A stretch of 62,468 nucleotides of DNA from positions 1-62,468 of the forward strand of contig JBILPB010000003.1 of NCBI GenBank assembly GCA_044374175.1, written 5' to 3'. This DNA comes from Bacteroidia bacterium (lineage in GTDB: Bacteria > Bacteroidota > Bacteroidia > UBA4408). Under the pieces are notes generated by a model. The model searched no databases. It saw nothing but the letters and a program-made list of their open reading frames with translations, and was not told the DNA's origin. The position numbers were made by a program, and so were the translations under genes. Positions 41,401-49,765 of the stretch are shown one piece after another (position 1 is the first letter of the stretch; each line of letters begins with the position of its first letter).

Positions 41401-43130
41401 CACTAGACGGGCAAGTGTTTATACCTGGCAACAATTATACCCAATTAGCGACCGTTTGGGAATATAATGAAGCTGACTTGAACCCTAACCCAGATTTTGG
41501 ATGGATAGGTGCAACAGGTGTTGCCGATCCTATTACTCCATTAAAAGGATTTGCTTGCGTAGTTCCTGCAAATATCACTGTAGATGTAAAAGGACCTTTA
41601 AATAATGGCAATATTCCAGGTGGCTATGCTTTAACTAAGGTAACGGATGGTTTGAACTTAATTGGCAATCCTTATCCATCGCCAATAGGTTGGAATGCAT
41701 TGCAATCATCAAACAATACAATCTTAGCCACAAGTGGTTATAAAGCTTTTGTAACCACTGGAGGTTATACAGGCTCATACGGCAACTGGGATGGTTTGGT
41801 AGGTACCAATGGAGTTACAAACACTATTGCATCTTCACAAGGTTTTTTTGTAAATGCATTAATACCAGGTACGATAAACACTAATAATACCATTAGAAAT
41901 ACCTCTTATGCTGATTTAGGTGCCACTTTCTTTGGTGGTAGCAGCATTGTTGACTTGTTAAGAATTGAAGTACAAGGCAATGGTTTTTTAAACGAAACTG
42001 CTATATATTTTGATGGCACTGCTGCAGATGGATTCGAGATCAATAGAGATGCAACTTTGCTGTATGCTCCTGCTGGATCTGGTGCTCCAAATATTTATAG
42101 TATAGTTGACAGTTTGGATATCACCATTAATGTAATGGGATTGCTAAATACTGATAAAACAATTCAACTTGGTGTCAAAAGTCAAGCGGCTGCTACTTAC
42201 AACCTAGTTTTAACCGACATCACATCTTTTGCACCTTCAGTAATAGTGTATTTAGAAGATACGCAACTTGATACCATTATCAATTTAAGAAACCAGCCTA
42301 GTTATAGTGTAAGCTTGCCAATTGGCAATTTCAAAACTAGATTTTTATTGCATTTCCGTCCAGCCGTTTCATATACATCAACTGCGGAAACTTGTGCTGG
42401 CAATGATGGCTCTGTCATCATAGATTATCCATCAAATCAAACCTTTGATGTTGAAATAAAAGATGTAAATGGAAACATAGTTGGTTCACTTACGGCCGCA
42501 AATGGACAGCAAACAATCACTAACTTAGATGCAGGTAATTATATGGCTGAAATGACCTTTGGTGTTGCACCTGCTATATACAATGCAACAGATTTTTTCT
42601 CCATCGCCGGAGGCAATTCAATCACGGCAAGTTTAACTGCTAGTCAAAATTTTGTTGATATTTATTCAAATACAAGTATTGATTTTATTGCATCAGCACA
42701 AGGCGCTACCAGTTTTGATTGGAACTTTGGAGACGGTACAACAATCACAGATGGGCCTGCGAATATTTCTCATACTTTCACGCAAGCAGGAAATTACAAT
42801 GTTACTTTTAATGCTACGAATGGAATATGCAGCGATACTGCAGTAGCAACTGTTGAGGTAATTAACACTACTGGAATATCTGCAATCAATAGTCTAAATC
42901 CAAGCATTGTTAGCGAAGGCGACCGAGTAACTATTAAATTTGGCAAATTAGAAGGAACAGGCACTTTAGAGTTATTTAATTTAATTGGAGAGCGCATATA
43001 TCTGCAAGAACAGGTTAATTTTAAAGGAAGTAAACAGTTGAATTTTACAGCCATCGCAGTTGGCCATTATTTACTTAAAATGACAAATAAGGAGAAAGTT
43101 TACACCCAAAAAATTAGTATAACCCGTTAA
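35433..43130 (+). CDS. 2565-aa T9SS-secreted multidomain surface protein/adhesin
   Basis: In order: signal peptide, CARDB-like domain, jelly-roll domain, FN3 (ITGLTSSTPYHFRVRANC), six ANDxC modules, GEVED-like (GEIEEY), WxGxxxxW..xxNW and NLIGNPYPS regions, PKD (FDWNFGDG), and a CTD (LELFNLIGE...TQKISITR). Confidence 0.9.
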   Translation: MNNFSRNLLLQKIGFLFLGVLCSFKIQAQVAAPNYTFSTTTGTYTPIAGGTVAVFSDQSVPNNWDAVTILNQPIGFTFTYNGSPYTTFSINPNGYIAMGATVSSAENNPISGGATDNVISAFGRNLLGTHTVLGNTTLGSADITGVAQTGGIEVGARLFSPGFLSGPTVLSKTVNSITMSSNATATSVGAVVCTQYTSEIRYQTIGSSPSRTLVVQWKNARGFSINNQRLNFQIRLNESDNSINFVYGDCSFASAAGGPFTGPQVGLRGVTSADYNNRLVNAGSGNDWNTSINGTANTSLLVIGALITPPTSGRTYTWTPPPPSAIDISLNAFINPGVSCGSSSETVTVQLKNEGSASHNFATNPTTVTVAVTGPTITSVSVIVNTGTLAVNGTLNVNCGPIDMDDNGTYNFACSHTTTGDAAPINDALATVSRVISRNTTFPYNETFASAPNPAYLTQPIAPNVADNWAILFGTNFVPGFTAPPDLNTVNNGYAIFASYDFIVGKEARLILPCMDFTSLTSPVITISMAQDDNASFANDRLRFEVSLDGGNTWSFVPGAPVCSRHNALASTMFWQDYTACLSAYAGNPNVRLAIRATSENGFDMAIDQITVENACPTVNTITATSIGFSTATLNWNTIGCGASAFDVEYGLSPAGPYTTLNLGLLNTTNITGLTSSTPYHFRVRANCGGPLSPWSPFEPFSTLAPPPVNDGCPGASITPILLCSFTAGTTVNATSSGVAAPSCGGDPDDDVWYTFVAPSANVTITAQATSSIDIVLACYQDNSCITPAQVNCVDNTLAAGTETLNLTSLSIGNTYRIRVFDKNTASYGTFNICVTYIPPPPANDNCLGAITLTPGVSCVNTVGTVEYATLSTPGTSCGGNANDDVWYKFVASSTSVDITAVGAIGNDLVLELMSGSCGSLSNLACANLSGSGGTEVISQGGLSIGATYYIRVFDYGSGYPSDSNFDICVVNQVVLYPPPANDLCANAISLTSNPTCIITSGTTLGATNSGLAGSLCGGFVANPDDDVWYSFVATSAAHDIILAPTAPLNAVLELRTAACNGALIQCVDGAGIGGTETLSLQGLSIATPYRIRIYGRGVGYATQGNFDICIVNGVVTPGPANDNCSGAITVVPSGSPTCASPTAGTVLNATQSAPSTICFGTNNDDVWYKFVATQSVHNVIVTGSAQFDAIIEAFSGACGASGIACMDNTGDGGTETLSLTGLTPTATYYIRVFDEGVGAPPTLTFTICVTTPAIPGPPANDNCAGAINLNPGNSCSPYLQNAAGATLSPQSTPICGGNLNDDVWFKFTAAQTSSIIQATGQGAYDMAITAYSGSCVTTTFLDCINNTGPGQTETLTLNGLTIGQTYFLRVYDFAAGVPVNANISICVVNVIPPPVPTNDLCDDAIPMNCGDIVFGQNSNGGTSGGDPVAVCGGMTTAGINGIWYRTTGNGDYFRVSTCNGTTFNTKVAVYSGSCGTITCVASNDDFAGCGSGQQSQVSWQSVSGTDYFILVGGLGGVQGIFQLKLECFPCITPTVAGTISVSPVPSTSTVNDSYTLALTGNTGDVVLWEFSLNNFATISSTELSDGNNDLTVIDRINGNFYVRAQVQNGPGCTVQTTPIVTITPRCASSIANSPSVINHYITNVQFNTINNNSTYDSNGDNYQNFQAISSTVQKGFSYQLKIKTFGVALLGRVAWIDLNGDNSFNGPGENILLPQSPTAGTTTHIVTIPCTGINGTVRLRVMVTGGIPSADPCDVTGYNSGEIEEYTLNIAGTGYGAWVGGTNDWCLPSNWACNTVPNGSIDVTIPVGAVQIQLNCNATCRNINFQTTAPYFVSNGLNTNGFKLNVKGNWSVSGSANSTTIIVDPTLTPGAVEFNGTLGAQSISGKTTFNNLTINNTSGNTTLNNTTNVAGVLTSTAGTLASNGFLVLRSVTGKTALINPLAGSITGDVSVERKIGSISGYHFLSSPVSGAMVNNTTTGWRDDFTILSSLDGQVFIPGNNYTQLATVWEYNEADLNPNPDFGWIGATGVADPITPLKGFACVVPANITVDVKGPLNNGNIPGGYALTKVTDGLNLIGNPYPSPIGWNALQSSNNTILATSGYKAFVTTGGYTGSYGNWDGLVGTNGVTNTIASSQGFFVNALIPGTINTNNTIRNTSYADLGATFFGGSSIVDLLRIEVQGNGFLNETAIYFDGTAADGFEINRDATLLYAPAGSGAPNIYSIVDSLDITINVMGLLNTDKTIQLGVKSQAAATYNLVLTDITSFAPSVIVYLEDTQLDTIINLRNQPSYSVSLPIGNFKTRFLLHFRPAVSYTSTAETCAGNDGSVIIDYPSNQTFDVEIKDVNGNIVGSLTAANGQQTITNLDAGNYMAEMTFGVAPAIYNATDFFSIAGGNSITASLTASQNFVDIYSNTSIDFIASAQGATSFDWNFGDGTTITDGPANISHTFTQAGNYNVTFNATNGICSDTAVATVEVINTTGISAINSLNPSIVSEGDRVTIKFGKLEGTGTLELFNLIGERIYLQEQVNFKGSKQLNFTAIAVGHYLLKMTNKEKVYTQKISITR
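37544..40020 (+). repeat. Six tandem ~135-140 aa Cys-rich modules (PPANDxC...C.....DDVWYxF...YxIRV...FxIC)
   Basis: Module starts at about 37544, 37947, 38364, 38784, 39201 and 39608. The sixth is divergent (GIWYRT, FRVSTC). Confidence 0.88.
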
Positions 43131-43153
43131 ACTTGAATGTAACTTTAGATTTA

Positions 43154-43190
43154 TAAGCCTCGAAGTTAATTCTTCGAGGCTTACTTTTTT
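43154..43190 (+). terminator. Intrinsic terminator
   Basis: TAAGCCTCGAAG-TTAATT-CTTCGAGGCTTA followed by CTTTTTT. Confidence 0.9.
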
Positions 43191-43261
43191 ATCGCTATTT
43201 ATGGTTTATTCACGCTTTCATTTAATGTTTTTTTTGTTAATTTGTATTTTTAATTAAAATT

Positions 43262-43498
43262 ATGGGACAAGAATCAAATCAAGCACTTAAAAAAGTAGCT
43301 TACTATGTAGGTGTTTTTATGGTTGTAGTATATATTTTAATAGGTTTAAGCCTCATATTTACGAATGTTTTTTTAGAAATTATTCCCAAGAACAGGCCTG
43401 TATATGGTAGTATTGTTCTTATTTATGCTGCTTTTAGACTTTATATGGCTTTAAGACTGCGTAAGAACAAGTCTTTAGAAACACAAATTGAACAATGA
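43262..43498 (+). CDS. Small two-TM membrane protein
   Basis: Two hydrophobic helices, YAAFRLY; leads the PstS-like/TPR operon. Confidence 0.75.
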   Translation: MGQESNQALKKVAYYVGVFMVVVYILIGLSLIFTNVFLEIIPKNRPVYGSIVLIYAAFRLYMALRLRKNKSLETQIEQ

Positions 43499-43531
43499 TT
43501 ATTGCTTAAACACGTTATCGCTTATAAATAA

Positions 43532-44473
43532 ATGCATCAATTGAAAACACTTATTTTATTTATCTTTTTAATAGCATTTTATTCGTGTAACTACAATCCT
43601 GTTGGTGCCGATTACACAGACACACCCACTTCGGGAAAAGTGAGCATAAGTGTGGATGAATCTTATGCACTTATCTTTGATACGCAGATTTATACCTTTG
43701 AGTCTTTATATCCTAATGCAAAAGTGAGCGCCAGATTTAAGCCCGAACAAGAAGCATTGAAAGATCTACTTGATGATTCGTCAAAGGTGGCCGTACTCAA
43801 CAGAGAATTGACGAAGGCTGAATTGGCCAAATTTAAAGCGGCCAATATTTATCCTGTGACAACAAAAATTGCCGAAGATGCAATTGCATTAGTGGTTAAT
43901 AATAGCAATATAGATACTGCCCTGAGTTTAAAACAAATTAAAAATTTTATCACTGGCGCAGATACTACCTGGCCTCAAAACAAATCGCAAAGAATTAATA
44001 TTGTTTTTGACAATCCGAATTCAGCAAATTACAGATATATTAAAGAACTCGTGAAGAATAAAGAATTTGGCAAAAATGTTTTTGCAGTAAAATCAAATCC
44101 TGAAGTGATTGCATACGTAAGTGAACATGAAAATGCCTTGGGAGTAATAAGTATCAATTGGATTAGTGATATGGATGATACGCTATCGCAATCATTTCTA
44201 AAAAAAGTGAAAGTGGTTGGACTAACAGATGAAGAATATCCTAACGAGCTTACCAGATTTAGAAAACCTCATCAAGCTTACATTGCAAACAAATTATATC
44301 CTCTTTGCAGAAGTGTTTATATGATTAACAGACAAACACGTGCAGGACTTGGCACAGGTTTTGTTTCCTTTGTGGCAGGCGAGAAAGGACAACGCATGAT
44401 GAAATTGGCTGGTTTAGTGCCTGCAACCATGCAAGTAAGATTGATACAAATAACGAATAAACCTCTTAATTAA
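43532..44473 (+). CDS. PstS-family (PBP2) substrate-binding lipoprotein
   Basis: Lipobox FYSC, TPTSGKVSISVDES, IAEDAIALVVN, LYPLCRSVY, GLGTGFVSFV. Confidence 0.85.
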   Translation: MHQLKTLILFIFLIAFYSCNYNPVGADYTDTPTSGKVSISVDESYALIFDTQIYTFESLYPNAKVSARFKPEQEALKDLLDDSSKVAVLNRELTKAELAKFKAANIYPVTTKIAEDAIALVVNNSNIDTALSLKQIKNFITGADTTWPQNKSQRINIVFDNPNSANYRYIKELVKNKEFGKNVFAVKSNPEVIAYVSEHENALGVISINWISDMDDTLSQSFLKKVKVVGLTDEEYPNELTRFRKPHQAYIANKLYPLCRSVYMINRQTRAGLGTGFVSFVAGEKGQRMMKLAGLVPATMQVRLIQITNKPLN

Positions 44474-44476
44474 TAT

Positions 44477-46090
44477 ATGCAATTCTCAATGATTAAATTA
44501 AAAAAAACAAAGATGTTTCAAAACATCTCTATAGCGGTTAGTGGAATATTATTTACAGCATTATCTGCGCAATCACAAACTATACAAGAAGCCATTAAAT
44601 TCACAGATAACGAGCAATTTGAAACAGCCACCCGCGCCTATAAAGCATTATTAAAAGGACAGCCAGCGAATGGCGACATATACTTTTATCTAGGTGAAAA
44701 CTACTTCAAAAATGATGATGTTGATAGTGCATTTTACTACTATAAAAAGGGTTTTGAGGCTGGTCCAACCAGCCCTTTGAACTATGTTGGACAAGGAAAA
44801 CTTTTACAATTTGAAGGCAAAAGCACAGAAGCCAAAACGCAGTTCGACAAAGCACTCACCATGGGCGCTGGTAAGAATATTGTTGTATTATTAAAGGTTG
44901 CCGAGGCACTAATTAAAGCACCACAAAAAGACCTTGATCAGGCTGCAAAGTTATTAGAAATTGCCACTAAGTTAGATCCTAAAAATCCCGAAGTGTATAT
45001 TCTAACTGGCGATATGTATCTTGAAAAAACCGATGGTAATAATGCCATTGCCAATTACAAAAAAGCACAAGATTTAGATAAATCTTCAGTAAAAGCTATT
45101 CTAAGAGTTGGGCAGTTATATAGTAGAGCAAAAAACTACACAGAAGCACTTGATTATTATCGAGATGCTGCTAAAGTAGACTCATCTTTTGCTCCTGCCT
45201 ACAGAGAACAAGGAGAGTTGTATTACATGGCTAAACAATACGAAAAAGCGAAAACTAAATATAAACGCTATTTAGATCTAGCGGGTAATAACTTTAGCGC
45301 CAAGCAACGCTATGCCTCTTTCTTATTTTTAAATAAAGAATATAAAGAAAGTATTGCACTATTTAACGAGCTTCAAAAGCAAGATACCACCAAAAACTTT
45401 GTGAATAGATTACTTGCTTATTCATTATATGAGACAGGCGATTATCCCAATGGGACTATATATATCAATCGTTTTTTCAATAGAGCACCGAATGAAAAAA
45501 CGAAAATTATTGCATCGGATTTTGAATACAGAGGTAAACTTTTTTCAAAAACAGGAAAAGATTCTTTAGCCATTATTGACCTAGAGGAAGCTATAAAATT
45601 GGACACTTCAAAAGTTGAATTGTATAGTGAAATGGGAGCCATATATTTAAAAATGAAGAAATATGACAATGCCGTTAAATCATATGAAAGAAAACTGAAA
45701 GCTACCAATAAGCTTAATGCAAACGACTATTTTAGTATGGGTAGAGCTTATTTCTTTAACCAAGATTATATAAACGCTGATACCTGTTTTGGCACTTTAA
45801 TAAAATTACAAAACACTTTACCTATTGGCTACTATTGGAGAGCAAGAACAAGCAATAAATTAGACCCAGACGGTAAATTAGGACTTGCCAAACCTTATTA
45901 TGAAAAGTATGTTGAATTAACTACCGATAGTAAAAAATATTTGAAAGAGCTTACTGAGGCTTATGAGTATCTTGGCTACTATTACATGCTTCAAAAAGAT
46001 AATGTTAAAGCAAAGGAACTATGGACAAAGCTAAAAGAAATAGATCCTAATAACAGCAAAGCACAAAAAGCTTTGGATGGTATAAAGTAG
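44477..46090 (+). CDS. Exported multi-TPR protein
   Basis: Signal peptide and many TPRs. Confidence 0.9.
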   Translation: MQFSMIKLKKTKMFQNISIAVSGILFTALSAQSQTIQEAIKFTDNEQFETATRAYKALLKGQPANGDIYFYLGENYFKNDDVDSAFYYYKKGFEAGPTSPLNYVGQGKLLQFEGKSTEAKTQFDKALTMGAGKNIVVLLKVAEALIKAPQKDLDQAAKLLEIATKLDPKNPEVYILTGDMYLEKTDGNNAIANYKKAQDLDKSSVKAILRVGQLYSRAKNYTEALDYYRDAAKVDSSFAPAYREQGELYYMAKQYEKAKTKYKRYLDLAGNNFSAKQRYASFLFLNKEYKESIALFNELQKQDTTKNFVNRLLAYSLYETGDYPNGTIYINRFFNRAPNEKTKIIASDFEYRGKLFSKTGKDSLAIIDLEEAIKLDTSKVELYSEMGAIYLKMKKYDNAVKSYERKLKATNKLNANDYFSMGRAYFFNQDYINADTCFGTLIKLQNTLPIGYYWRARTSNKLDPDGKLGLAKPYYEKYVELTTDSKKYLKELTEAYEYLGYYYMLQKDNVKAKELWTKLKEIDPNNSKAQKALDGIK

Positions 46091-46215
46091 AACTTAATTA
46101 ACAATATGGACCTTTCAACTGTAGAAATAAAAAAACAAACAGTTACTAGACAAACATTCTCAAAAAAATGAAAAGGATAAATACTGTTATATTTAATGGT
46201 ATAAAACTGTAATAA

Positions 46216-47088
46216 TTGAAATTTAAAAAGTTAATAGTATTTTTAGTTATCGCTCAATGTTGCAATTTAAAAGTTTTAGGTCAAAGTAAATTCCTAAAGC
46301 ACACAGAAATTGGCGTATTATTGGGTGCAATTCATTATGCAGGAGATTTAAACCAAAGATTTAATATCCCACGAAACATAGGTCCAGGGGCTTCTTTGAT
46401 TGTGCAAAGAAACTCTGCAAATACAAGATGGGGATGGCGGAACACCTTCAGTGCAGGGAGATTTAGTGCAGCCGATAAATTCTCAAAGGATCCATTTTTA
46501 CAAAACAGAAATCTATCAGTAAGAACTTTCGTAGCTGAAGTTTCCTCTCAATTGGTGTTTAATTTTTTACCTTATGAAATTGGCGGCAAAACACCTGGTA
46601 TATCATTTCCATTTACACCGTATATTTTTACAGGTGTTGCCCTTTACTACTTTTCTCCAAAAGCAGAACTCAATGGAACTTATTACAAATTAAGATTTAT
46701 GGATACCGAAGGACAGGGGACATCTGTCTATCAAAGAAAAAGAGCAGCAGCAGTGCAATTTGCTATTCCGCTTGGTATAGGATTTAAAGCTTCTGTTAAT
46801 AAAAAAATGGGTATTGGTATTGAATGGGGCTTAAGAAAACTGTATACCGATTATCTTGATGATGTAAGTATGAGTTATGTTTACCCACCTGTACTTATAA
46901 GAGAAAGAGGTCCAGAAGCCGCGGCACTGAGTGATAGAAGTTTAAATCTTGAGTTTGATGAAAATGAAAATTACTCCAACCTGTATCGGCAAAGAGGAAA
47001 CTCTAATACCAAAGATTGGTATAGCTTTGTGGGTATATCTTTTGTTTGGCGAATTGATGATAATCGTGGCAGATGTCCTAGTTATTAA
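46216..47088 (+). CDS. DUF6089 / PorG-like outer-membrane beta-barrel
   Basis: EIGVLLGAIHYAGDL, QNRNLS, FTPYIFTG, TEGQ, AIPLGIGFK, TDYLDDVS, RGN...KDWY. Confidence 0.75.
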   Translation: MKFKKLIVFLVIAQCCNLKVLGQSKFLKHTEIGVLLGAIHYAGDLNQRFNIPRNIGPGASLIVQRNSANTRWGWRNTFSAGRFSAADKFSKDPFLQNRNLSVRTFVAEVSSQLVFNFLPYEIGGKTPGISFPFTPYIFTGVALYYFSPKAELNGTYYKLRFMDTEGQGTSVYQRKRAAAVQFAIPLGIGFKASVNKKMGIGIEWGLRKLYTDYLDDVSMSYVYPPVLIRERGPEAAALSDRSLNLEFDENENYSNLYRQRGNSNTKDWYSFVGISFVWRIDDNRGRCPSY

Positions 47089-47105
47089 ACAATTCAATTT
47101 TTGCT

Positions 47106-48173
47106 TTACAACATTTTGTAATACCTATTTTCTTTCATGTCTTTAATGAGCTTGTATTCTTTTACTTTAAATCGATAACCAATATTAACACCTCCCGAAA
47201 AGTACTTTTGATTTACTTCCCAAAAATTAGATTTAAGTTCATTAACATCATTAGCGGAGTATAAAGTAATAAACACATTTCGATTATTGAATCCTAGGGC
47301 AAACCTGCTATCTGCCGAAAAAGTAGTATACATACTTTTAGATTGTTTACCATCAAAAGCATTCGTATTTCTCCATTGAAAATCTGGACCAAGTGCAATG
47401 GTCATGTTAAAGAAAACGCGTTTAAACAACACTAAATTGAAAGAAAAACCGGCACAAGTAGAAAAACCAGTTGTATTTACTTTGTTTAAGTGGGCTATAT
47501 CGCCATAAAACTCTCTCAGATAAAAAGGTACAAAAGCTGTATCTGAAGTCAATTTTTGATGGTATAGATTTCCTGAAAGCATTAGTGTTGCTGCAGATTT
47601 CATTTGACGGTGCATATTTCCATAAGCACTTTTATAGGCAAATCTATTCGAGTTTCTAAAAATTAAAAACTTAGACCTAAAAGTGCTCGATTGCATAGAT
47701 GGATTCTGAAAATAAGGTTGCGTAGAATCATATCCTGTAAAATTCTGCGCAGTATTATTGTCGTAAAACCCTCTAAATCTTCGCCAACTGTTTTCCAACA
47801 TCCAATGGTTTCCACCTAAATTTAGGGCAAGCGAATTTGTTTTGTTGTACCCTGTTTTAAAAAGTGTATTATCATCGGGCTGCACGGTCCGGTAATCATA
47901 AGCCAGTGAAATTTTATCATAAGCAAAACCAAAGCCAAAAGTTTCGGGTGCGGTTGATTTAAATGCGATGGAAGTTTTAGCTAAACTATCACTGGTATAC
48001 TTTTGCTTAAAACCTACTTCATAGTACCTTTGCGTAGAGTAAAAAGTAACAATTAACCTGTTATCATATTTTTTATAATAATTTGTGTCTTGCTGAGCAT
48101 ACACCCTTGTTGCCAAAGAAGAAACAGTAACAAGAAGGCAAAAAAGTAAAATAAATCGCATAGATGAACGCAT
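47106..48173 (-). CDS. DUF4421-like outer-membrane protein
   Basis: Signal peptide, FGFAYDKISL, RFAYKSAY....RQMKSAAT, C-terminal IGYRF. Confidence 0.65.
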   Translation of the reverse strand: MRSSMRFILLFCLLVTVSSLATRVYAQQDTNYYKKYDNRLIVTFYSTQRYYEVGFKQKYTSDSLAKTSIAFKSTAPETFGFGFAYDKISLAYDYRTVQPDDNTLFKTGYNKTNSLALNLGGNHWMLENSWRRFRGFYDNNTAQNFTGYDSTQPYFQNPSMQSSTFRSKFLIFRNSNRFAYKSAYGNMHRQMKSAATLMLSGNLYHQKLTSDTAFVPFYLREFYGDIAHLNKVNTTGFSTCAGFSFNLVLFKRVFFNMTIALGPDFQWRNTNAFDGKQSKSMYTTFSADSRFALGFNNRNVFITLYSANDVNELKSNFWEVNQKYFSGGVNIGYRFKVKEYKLIKDMKENRYYKML

Positions 48174-49057
48174 TATTCAAAAGTTGCAATTTCTTTAACG
48201 TTTTTTCTAATAGTAATCGCAATAGCATCTGTTGGAAGGTCATTGGCATCAGTGCCAAAAGGATCTTCAATTTCTTCGGCAATAAGCTCAATACTAGCAA
48301 AGGCATAAAATATAAAAACTACAATTGGCGCTGTCCAGTATTTAAAATCATACACAAAACCAAGCGGCATGGTAAACACGTATGCAAATATGAATTTCTT
48401 TAAAAACATGCTGTAAGAGTATGGTATGGGTGTATTCTTAATACGCTCACATGCACCACATACATTTGCCATTGTTTTTAATTCATCATTTAGCATTAAC
48501 AGCTGTTCGGAGGTCAAATAGTTTTGTTTTTTGGCTCGCATAATTTCCTTTTCAATAGCCCAGATTAGCGCATTGGGTTTATGATTTATTTTTTCTAAAT
48601 CATCAATTGAAATAGAAGTATTCTTTTCATAATCTTTGGATATGAATCGGCCTCTTAAATGTTCCTTTAACACATAAGGAAAATTCCCGATTAAAACATA
48701 TAAATTATCTTTATCAACTTTTGCTTCCATTGGCATCATGGTGTTTACTTTGAGTGCGAAATTTCTTGAACTGTTCACCAATTCGCCCCATAATTTTCTT
48801 CCCTCCCACCACCGGTCATACGCAGTATTTGTTCTAAAAACCAATAACATTGAAATTACAAAACCAAGTAAAGAATGAATAACAGTAGTGCTTTTAAACT
48901 CCAGATAATGCATCTGCACCGACAAATAGGTAAGCAAAGTTGAATAAACAGCAGCTACGAATAGCGCAGGCAATAACATTCTAAAGGTATCACTTTTATG
49001 AAAAATGAAAATAAGTTTGAGCCAATCTTTAGGGTTATATGCTACCATAGAGTGCAA
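48173..49057 (-). CDS. Bestrophin-family (YneE-like) anion channel
   Basis: LVFRTNTAYDRWWEGRKLWG, CERIKNTPIPYSY, AEEIEDPFG.DANDLP. Confidence 0.93.
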   Translation of the reverse strand: MHSMVAYNPKDWLKLIFIFHKSDTFRMLLPALFVAAVYSTLLTYLSVQMHYLEFKSTTVIHSLLGFVISMLLVFRTNTAYDRWWEGRKLWGELVNSSRNFALKVNTMMPMEAKVDKDNLYVLIGNFPYVLKEHLRGRFISKDYEKNTSISIDDLEKINHKPNALIWAIEKEIMRAKKQNYLTSEQLLMLNDELKTMANVCGACERIKNTPIPYSYSMFLKKFIFAYVFTMPLGFVYDFKYWTAPIVVFIFYAFASIELIAEEIEDPFGTDANDLPTDAIAITIRKNVKEIATFE

Positions 49058-49321
49058 ATATATTGCATTATAATTTAAATAATCGTAACAGTAAAGAAGA
49101 ATACTTGAATCGAATCACTAAAATCCATTGTTGTACTAGGCAATAAAAATATTTTTTAATGCACAAACCAAGCAAAAAAAATTGTAAACTATTGACATTC
49201 TGAGCAATAGACTTAACATTGTTTAAATATAAAGTTTTATGGAATGGATATCACAAATATGTTAAATACAAAACCTATTTACCTATATTTCAAAGTTTTA
49301 TCTATTTATTATAAAAATCAT

Positions 49322-49352
49322 TTTGCACTTTTAGTAAGGTTTTGTACTTTTG
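49322..49352 (+). promoter_or_regulatory. Bacteroidota -33/-7 promoter for L31
   Basis: TTTG (49322-49325), a 19-nt spacer, then TACTTTTG (49345-49352). Confidence 0.75.
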
Positions 49353-49374
49353 CCCTCCCGAAAAAATATAAAAC

Positions 49375-49641
49375 ATGAAAAAGAATACACATCCGGAAAA
49401 TTACAGATTTGTGGTTTTTAAAGATTTATCAAATGAATATGCCTTTTTAACGCGCTCTGCTGCCGATACAAAAGATACAATAGTTTGGGAAGATGGTAAT
49501 GAATACCCTTTAGTAAAATTAGAGATTTCACATACATCACATCCATTTTATACTGGAAAAGTTAAATTGGTTGATACTGCAGGTCGTGTTGACAGATTCC
49601 GCAGTCGTTATGGTAAAAAAACAGAGGAAGTTAAAGGATAA
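49375..49641 (+). CDS. rpmE2: 50S ribosomal protein L31 type B (no zinc-binding Cys)
   Basis: [36 protein letters not shown]. Confidence 0.95.
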   Translation: MKKNTHPENYRFVVFKDLSNEYAFLTRSAADTKDTIVWEDGNEYPLVKLEISHTSHPFYTGKVKLVDTAGRVDRFRSRYGKKTEEVKG

Positions 49642-49680
49642 TCATTATTTTTTAATTAATCCATTAATTATAATGAACAG

Positions 49681-49708
49681 AAACCCTTCGGCAACGGAGG
49701 GTTTTTTG
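49681..49708 (+). terminator. Intrinsic terminator
   Basis: AAACCCTTCG-GCAA-CGGAGGGTTT followed by TTT. Confidence 0.88.
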
Positions 49709-49765
49709 TGTTTTATAGCGCCATATTTTAAAAAATACTAAGTTTACCACTCAAAATAAACTCCT

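Noticed and set aside
35714-43054. Multiple short minus-strand ORFs inside the giant T9SS gene, some similar to each other (YQTSS...)
   Set aside because: They are mirror images of the repeated DDVWY modules, not independent genes.
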